64,000 bases of DNA from an uncultured Desulfospira sp. (GTDB lineage Bacteria; Desulfobacterota; Desulfobacteria; Desulfobacterales; Desulfobacteraceae), in assembly GCA_963663165.1 (NCBI GenBank), contig OY760175.1, positions 5,152,001 to 5,216,000 of the forward strand, read 5' to 3'. The translations under genes and the position numbers were made by a program. The notes under the pieces were generated by a model that did not search any database, was not told where the DNA came from, and was given only the letters and a program-made list of their open reading frames with translations. Below are positions 58,746 to 64,000 of the stretch, piece by piece (the first letter of the stretch is position 1; the number at the start of each line of letters is the position of its first letter).

Positions 58746-60122
58746 ATGATTGAAAGCAAAAATGAGTCAATAATCAATATAGTTTCAGAAAATGTTTTGA
58801 ATTTGAAGTATGAGGATTTGGATCAGCCGACCATTGATTTGGCTAAAAGCAGAATCATTGATGTGATCGGATGTGCCATTGGCGGGGCAAACGCCCCGGG
58901 AAATAAATCCCTCATTAACCTGATCAAAAGATGGGGGGGGCACCCCGAAGCCAGCATCCCCGTCTATGGCATTAAGGCGCCGGCGCATTACGCCGCTATG
59001 GCCAATTGCATCATGTGCCGGTCTTATGATTATGAAGCCATGATGACCCGGATTGATGATAAGCTGATTCCATCCCACATAAGCGGGACTACGGTCATGA
59101 CGGCGCTGACCATGGCTGAATTCCGGCAGACCAGCGGAAAGCAAATGCTGGTGGCGCTGCTGGCCGGGGATGATCTGGCGGCAAGAATTCTAAACGCCTC
59201 TGATTTTGATTTTTCGCTGGGCTGGGACAGCATCGGCAGCTTAAATGCTTTTGGCGCAACGGCCATTGCCGGCCGAATATTGAATTTGACCCCGGATCAG
59301 CTCAGAAACGCGTTCGGCATCGTAGTCAACATGACTGCAGGGACATTGCAGAGCATATGGGATGGGGCCACTACCTTTAAATTTTATCAGGGAACGGCAG
59401 CGCATAACGGCATAATTGCCGCTGAACTGGCTCAGGAAGGCTGGACCGGTTTATCCGACCCTCTACTGAGCCGGTTTGGCTATTACAAATTATATACCGG
59501 CGGTTGCCGTGATGAAAGTGCCTTAACTCAAGACCTGGGGAAGAAGATCTACCAGGAAGGCGTGTTTAAGCCATACCCCTGTTGCCGGGCTACCCATGCC
59601 GCTATTGACTGTGCCATCGCCATCCAAAAAGAGCATCAAGTGGATGCGGCTGATGTTGAAAAGGTGATACTCAAAGTTCCCCAGCGGATCCTGAATAGTT
59701 TTATCGGCAAAGAATTCATCATTCGGGAGTATCCCCATGCGGATGCCATTTTCAGTCTTAAATATACGGTTGCCATCGCCATTTTGAAAAACGGTGTCCG
59801 GCTGGAACATTTCAGTGAAAAAACCATTAAGGAGCCAGCCGTTGCGGCATTTATAAAGAGAATACAGCTTGAAGATCTGAAAGCGGAATCCGGAGCGGCG
59901 CTGACGCTGCAGTTAAAAGACGGCACAAGCCTGTCCACAAACATAGAGACCGCCAAGGGAGATCCACTGGCAAATCCTATGGTCAAAGAAGATATAACGG
60001 CTAAATTCCTGGCTCAAGTGGCATTCTCCGGTGCCATTAATGAGACCGATGCAAAACAGATTATTTCCCAGGTAGAAACTTTAGAACAAATGGATAATAT
60101 ACAATCACTTGTCCGATGGTAA
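58746..60122 (+). CDS. MmgE/PrpD family protein (paralogue 3)
   Basis: IDVIGCAIGGANAPGN, YDYE, PSH, FKPYPCCR and KGDPLANPM; closely resembles paralogue 1. Confidence 0.88.
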   Translation: MIESKNESIINIVSENVLNLKYEDLDQPTIDLAKSRIIDVIGCAIGGANAPGNKSLINLIKRWGGHPEASIPVYGIKAPAHYAAMANCIMCRSYDYEAMMTRIDDKLIPSHISGTTVMTALTMAEFRQTSGKQMLVALLAGDDLAARILNASDFDFSLGWDSIGSLNAFGATAIAGRILNLTPDQLRNAFGIVVNMTAGTLQSIWDGATTFKFYQGTAAHNGIIAAELAQEGWTGLSDPLLSRFGYYKLYTGGCRDESALTQDLGKKIYQEGVFKPYPCCRATHAAIDCAIAIQKEHQVDAADVEKVILKVPQRILNSFIGKEFIIREYPHADAIFSLKYTVAIAILKNGVRLEHFSEKTIKEPAVAAFIKRIQLEDLKAESGAALTLQLKDGTSLSTNIETAKGDPLANPMVKEDITAKFLAQVAFSGAINETDAKQIISQVETLEQMDNIQSLVRW

Positions 60123-60131
60123 CCCGGGGCT

Positions 60132-60166
60132 AATTTAAAAAACAGTCAGCGGCTGAATTTTAAATT
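60132..60166. terminator. Putative bidirectional hairpin terminator between convergent genes
   Basis: AATTTAAAA..CAGTC-AGC-GGCTG..TTTTAAATT inverted repeat. Confidence 0.5.
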
Positions 60167-60264
60167 CCGACATCAAAGGGATAAAAGATCAATTCCGGTA
60201 TATTCTATGACCGGAGCTTGAGTTTAATTCATCACCTGGCGTGGACAAAATCAAGTCAGCCTGG

Positions 60265-61356
60265 TCACCGGGCCGGTTCGATGGTTGTCCAGTTCTGATT
60301 GGAATTCTGATTCGGGTTAAATCCCGCGTCGTTGGAAAGAATGTATTCACCCAGAGAATTTGTCCAGGCGCGGTCATAACCGCCGGGCAGTTCAACCGCA
60401 TTGCCGTTGGACGGGTCCTGATAGTTTTCCGTGCCCCGGATATATTCGCTGAATTCCCGGCCGGCGCGGTCTTCTGCCTGTTGCCGGGACTGCCATGACC
60501 GGGTCAGGGCTGCGTCAAAGGCATCGTTGCTGCGGCTGATGGCACGGCTTAAGGCCCCGGCGTTGGCTATGCCCTGTTGCCGGGCTGTGATCCACTGCTG
60601 TTGGACCTTGTTGAACCGCGCAAACCAACCCCGGTCAACACGAAATGAATTCACAAAGGTGTTGGCCAGGGGCTTGAGGGCATCAAGGCGACCCTTTTTT
60701 GCCCGGACAGAGAGGTTTCGGTCTGCCTGCCAGAAGATGTTGGCAGGTCCGGTGTTGGGCTGCGCGACCAATACCACACAGTAAAAATCTTCTTCCCAGG
60801 CAGCCCCGTTTTCCGTATAGGCAAACCGGGTACAAGTTCCAAAACCCCGTGTCATGCCGCCGGGCTGTCGGTTTGCGGCAGCAATGCTTTCAGCCCATTC
60901 CGGCAGGTCTTTCTGACTGATCAGCCGGATGTCACGCGCCCCCGGTCTTTGTTGGGAAAGGACAATCTGCCGGATAAACTCAGTGGGGCTGTTGGGAATG
61001 GGCATGACGATCATTCCCAGATAAAGCTGCCCTCTTTGCCACTGTGATTCAATCTGTCCGCTGATAAAAAGATTTGCCGGATGGATAAAAACGCCAGCCG
61101 AGCTGTCCGGTGCGGTAATGGCCACATTGGCGGTCACCAGATTGGCCAGGGCGGCATTCCAGGTCAGACCGCCTGAAAACTGCCAGTCTGCCGGGGCCAT
61201 AACCCTAAAAGCCGGGATGCCGCCCATCTGAGGATCAGTGATCACAAAAGATTTGATGCGCAACGGCACATCCCCTTGTGAGGGCACCGGCATCCCCCCT
61301 GTCAAAATAATAATCAATAACAATCTGTAAAAATAATTCAAAGCGATGCGGTTCAA
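60265..61356 (-). CDS. Hypothetical exported protein
   Basis: 363-aa ORF, GGAGG RBS, N-terminal hydrophobic signal, Q/A-rich C-terminal helix; family not recognised. Confidence 0.7.
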   Translation of the reverse strand: MNRIALNYFYRLLLIIILTGGMPVPSQGDVPLRIKSFVITDPQMGGIPAFRVMAPADWQFSGGLTWNAALANLVTANVAITAPDSSAGVFIHPANLFISGQIESQWQRGQLYLGMIVMPIPNSPTEFIRQIVLSQQRPGARDIRLISQKDLPEWAESIAAANRQPGGMTRGFGTCTRFAYTENGAAWEEDFYCVVLVAQPNTGPANIFWQADRNLSVRAKKGRLDALKPLANTFVNSFRVDRGWFARFNKVQQQWITARQQGIANAGALSRAISRSNDAFDAALTRSWQSRQQAEDRAGREFSEYIRGTENYQDPSNGNAVELPGGYDRAWTNSLGEYILSNDAGFNPNQNSNQNWTTIEPAR

Positions 61357-61642
61357 TTCTCACCTCCGGATATTAAAAAAAGTTACTATTGTAAAAGGCG
61401 GTTGGATGCTTACGCCTTAAGGGGTTAATAAACCCCTATGGAGAAAAACGGCAAGGTCAGTGTTTCAAAATGGTCGCTTGCTTTTATCCGAATAAAATAG
61501 AGGCCTTCTTTTTGTCAAACAAAATATAAATTCATCGTGACCGGCCCGACCGGTCATTTGACCGATTCAGCCATCAAGTGTACAACAGGCAATGTAAAAA
61601 AGGTTCGAAAATACAACACAACCACCATCAGGATGATATAAC

Positions 61643-64000
61643 GTGAAGAGAAAAAAAAAGAGGAAACCGTCGGCACCCCGCCCAAAGTCCAAAAGCCTTC
61701 CTTTTGACATGGAAGACGAGTTAAATCATGGCAAAACCTTGCAGCAGGCCGGCCGCCTGGCCGAGGCGCAAAACGTATATCAAAAAATTCTTGCCAGACA
61801 TCCGAATCACCTTGAAACCCTTCATCTTTCAGGGGTTATCGCTATTCAGACCGGCCAAAACGAGAAGGCCGTTAATCTGATTAAAGCCGCTCTGAGGGGG
61901 GCCCCGGGGAACCCGGTTCTTTATTCCAACCTGGGCAATGCCCTTAATGCCCTTGGCCAAAGGGCCGAGGCCATTGATGCCTACAAGAGGGCCATTCAAA
62001 GCAAACCGGATTTTGCCAGTGCCCACTATAATATGGCAACAGTGCTTCAGGCCTTGGGCAAAACATCAGACGCCATTCAAAGTTACCGGAACGCTTTGAA
62101 GTTTCAGCCGGATTTTGTTGATGCCCACAGCAATCTGGGCATTATTCTCCAGTCCCGGGGAGAATTTTCCAAAGCCGTTGACCAATACCGGGCCGCCTTG
62201 GCCGTTAACCCCTCCCACATACAGACGTTAAATAATTTAGGGGTTGCGCTTCAGAAACAAGGAGACCCGGACCAGGCGGTTGTCTGTCTGGAAAAAGCTT
62301 TAAACATTGCGCCGGATTTTGTTGATGCCCACTATAATATGGGCAATGCCCGGTACGCCATGGGCGATTTTGACGGTGCGGCAGCCGCCTTTCAAAAGGT
62401 GGTTGAGATCCAGCCGGGCCATGCCAATGCCATTTATAATATGGGAACGGTTTTTCAGGAAAAAAACCAACCGGATAAGGCTGTGGACTGCTTTAACAGG
62501 ACCATTGCCCTTCAGCCGGACCACTTTAACGCCCACAACAGCATGGGAAACATCATGATGGACTTGGGGCATCTCACCCAGGCGCTGTCCTGGTTTGAGC
62601 GGGCCGTTTCGTTGAACCCGGATTCCTCCGATGTCCATAATAATAAAGGAAATGCCCTGGAAAAAATGGGGGAACCGGATCAGGCCCTGATGGCCTTTCA
62701 GGAGGCGGTCCGGCTTAACCCTGAAAACGCCATCGCTTATGTCAATCGGGGCATCCTGCTCAAAGGCCGGGGAGAAGCTGATGCCGCTGTTGCCAACTTT
62801 GAAAAAGCCCTGGAAATAAATCCGGAAATGGGCGAGGCCCTGTCACAGCTTACCCACCAGTGCCAGCACCTCTGCGACTGGGAAAGGCTGGCCGTTTTAG
62901 GGCCGCGCCTCAATACACTGACCGCAAAAACCCTGGAACAGGGAAAAAGAACGGCGGAGTCACCGTTTTCCAGCCTGTCCCGCCATCCGGATCCGGCCTT
63001 GAACCAGGCCGTGGCCCGGTCCTGGAGCGACCACATTGTCCGGATGACAGCCAACCTTAATATAAAATTTGATCATCACGGTGGGCTTCATGATGCGGCC
63101 CCGGGCGGCCGCAGGCTGACCATCGGCTATCTGTCCAACAATTTCAGGGACCATCCCATGGCCCATATCATGCTCGGGCTTTTCCGTCTTCATAACCGGG
63201 ACAGGTTCAATGTCTTTTGCTATTCCTCGGGCCCGGATGACGGCAGTGTTTATCGAAAACAGATTGAAGCGGACTGTGACCGGTTCGTTGACCTTAAGGG
63301 GATGTCCACCCTTGATGCGGCCCAATGCATTTATAACGATCGGGTGGATATTCTGGTGGACCTGATGGGGCACACCAAAAACGACCGGCTGGATATCTGT
63401 TCTCTTCGCCCGGCCCCTGTTCAATCCCGGTACCTGGGCATGGCCGGCACCACCGGGGCTGATTTTTTTGATTATATTATTGCCGACCGCATCATCGTGC
63501 CTGAAACGGACCAGCCGTTTTACAATGAAACGCCGGTCTGGCTGCCCCATTGTTACCAGGTCAACGACCATCACCAGAAAATAGCCGATAAAAGATGGAA
63601 CCGGTCTGAATTCGGCCTGCCAGAGGGCTCCTTTGTCTTTTGTGCCTTTAACACTTCCTACAAGGTTGAGCCGGTGATGTTTGACAGCTGGATGCGGATT
63701 TTAGCACAACTTCCCGGGAGCGTTCTCTGGCTTCTGGGTAAAAACCAGACCATTGCAGATAATCTACGAAAAGAGGCCGGGAAAAGGGGGGTGCTGCCCG
63801 AACGGCTGTACTTTTCAGAAAAACTGCCCAAGGATCAGCACCTGGCCCGGATCAAGCTGGCAGATCTGGCCCTGGACACCCGGATTGTAGGCGGGGCCGC
63901 ATCCACCAGTGACGTTCTGTGGGCCGGTATCCCGGTAATCACCATGACCGGGACCCATTTTGCGTCCCGCATGTCCACCAGCATTTTAACTGCCATGGGC
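61643..64000 (+). CDS. TPR-repeat O-GlcNAc transferase-like glycosyltransferase (GT41/SPINDLY family), 3' end off window; absent from the ORF track
   Basis: Manual translation of segments: multiple TPRs, then LTIGYLSNNFRDHPM, VDILVDLMGHT, RPAPVQ..YLG..GTTG, FCAFNTSYKV, DLALDT and LWAGIPVIT; start at GTG 61643 or ATG 61709. Confidence 0.88.
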   Translation, partial: MKRKKKRKPSAPRPKSKSLPFDMEDELNHGKTLQQAGRLAEAQNVYQKILARHPNHLETLHLSGVIAIQTGQNEKAVNLIKAALRGAPGNPVLYSNLGNALNALGQRAEAIDAYKRAIQSKPDFASAHYNMATVLQALGKTSDAIQSYRNALKFQPDFVDAHSNLGIILQSRGEFSKAVDQYRAALAVNPSHIQTLNNLGVALQKQGDPDQAVVCLEKALNIAPDFVDAHYNMGNARYAMGDFDGAAAAFQKVVEIQPGHANAIYNMGTVFQEKNQPDKAVDCFNRTIALQPDHFNAHNSMGNIMMDLGHLTQALSWFERAVSLNPDSSDVHNNKGNALEKMGEPDQALMAFQEAVRLNPENAIAYVNRGILLKGRGEADAAVANFEKALEINPEMGEALSQLTHQCQHLCDWERLAVLGPRLNTLTAKTLEQGKRTAESPFSSLSRHPDPALNQAVARSWSDHIVRMTANLNIKFDHHGGLHDAAPGGRRLTIGYLSNNFRDHPMAHIMLGLFRLHNRDRFNVFCYSSGPDDGSVYRKQIEADCDRFVDLKGMSTLDAAQCIYNDRVDILVDLMGHTKNDRLDICSLRPAPVQSRYLGMAGTTGADFFDYIIADRIIVPETDQPFYNETPVWLPHCYQVNDHHQKIADKRWNRSEFGLPEGSFVFCAFNTSYKVEPVMFDSWMRILAQLPGSVLWLLGKNQTIADNLRKEAGKRGVLPERLYFSEKLPKDQHLARIKLADLALDTRIVGGAASTSDVLWAGIPVITMTGTHFASRMSTSILTAMG

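Noticed and set aside
51086..60122. Assigning the symbol prpD / methylcitrate cycle
   Set aside because: No prpB, prpC or acnD nearby and the motifs are divergent; only family-level assignment is supported
61829..63574. Short ORFs on both strands
   Set aside because: Shadows of the long TPR-GT41 frame that runs off the window

Overview
Chromosomal window from a bacterium whose gene content and protein sequences resemble sulfate-reducing Desulfobacterota (inference, no database search). Left to right: (1) nonulosonic/pseudaminic-acid genes, including a PseG-like hydrolase fused in frame to a formyltransferase domain, and a TPR glycosyltransferase; (2) tRNA-Lys and tRNA-Glu; (3) a ~22-kb sigma-54-driven flagellar cluster (fliK-flgD-flgE; fliL-M-N-O-P-Q-R-flhB-flhA-flhF-flhG-fliA; accessory genes). 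It encodes enlarged hook proteins and a second FliL-like protein whose predicted cytoplasmic tail carries 12 copies of a FliM/CheZ-type CheY-binding motif; (4) an amiF formamidase + urtABCDE-type operon next to tRNA-Thr; (5) an NMT1/THI5-type ABC transporter, a PEP-CTERM-type protein, a PilZ protein and a TAXI receptor coupled to a hybrid kinase; (6) ftsH-folP-cdaR-coaX-TIGR03790-like, with no cdaA; (7) an uncharacterised GntR/TRAP/FAD-oxidoreductase cluster with three MmgE/PrpD paralogues; (8) a TPR-GT41 gene truncated by the window end. Intergenic DNA holds five copies of a ~90-bp two-hairpin element and several heptamer tracts. I saw no integrase, transposase, CRISPR array or rRNA. All calls come from reading motifs by eye.
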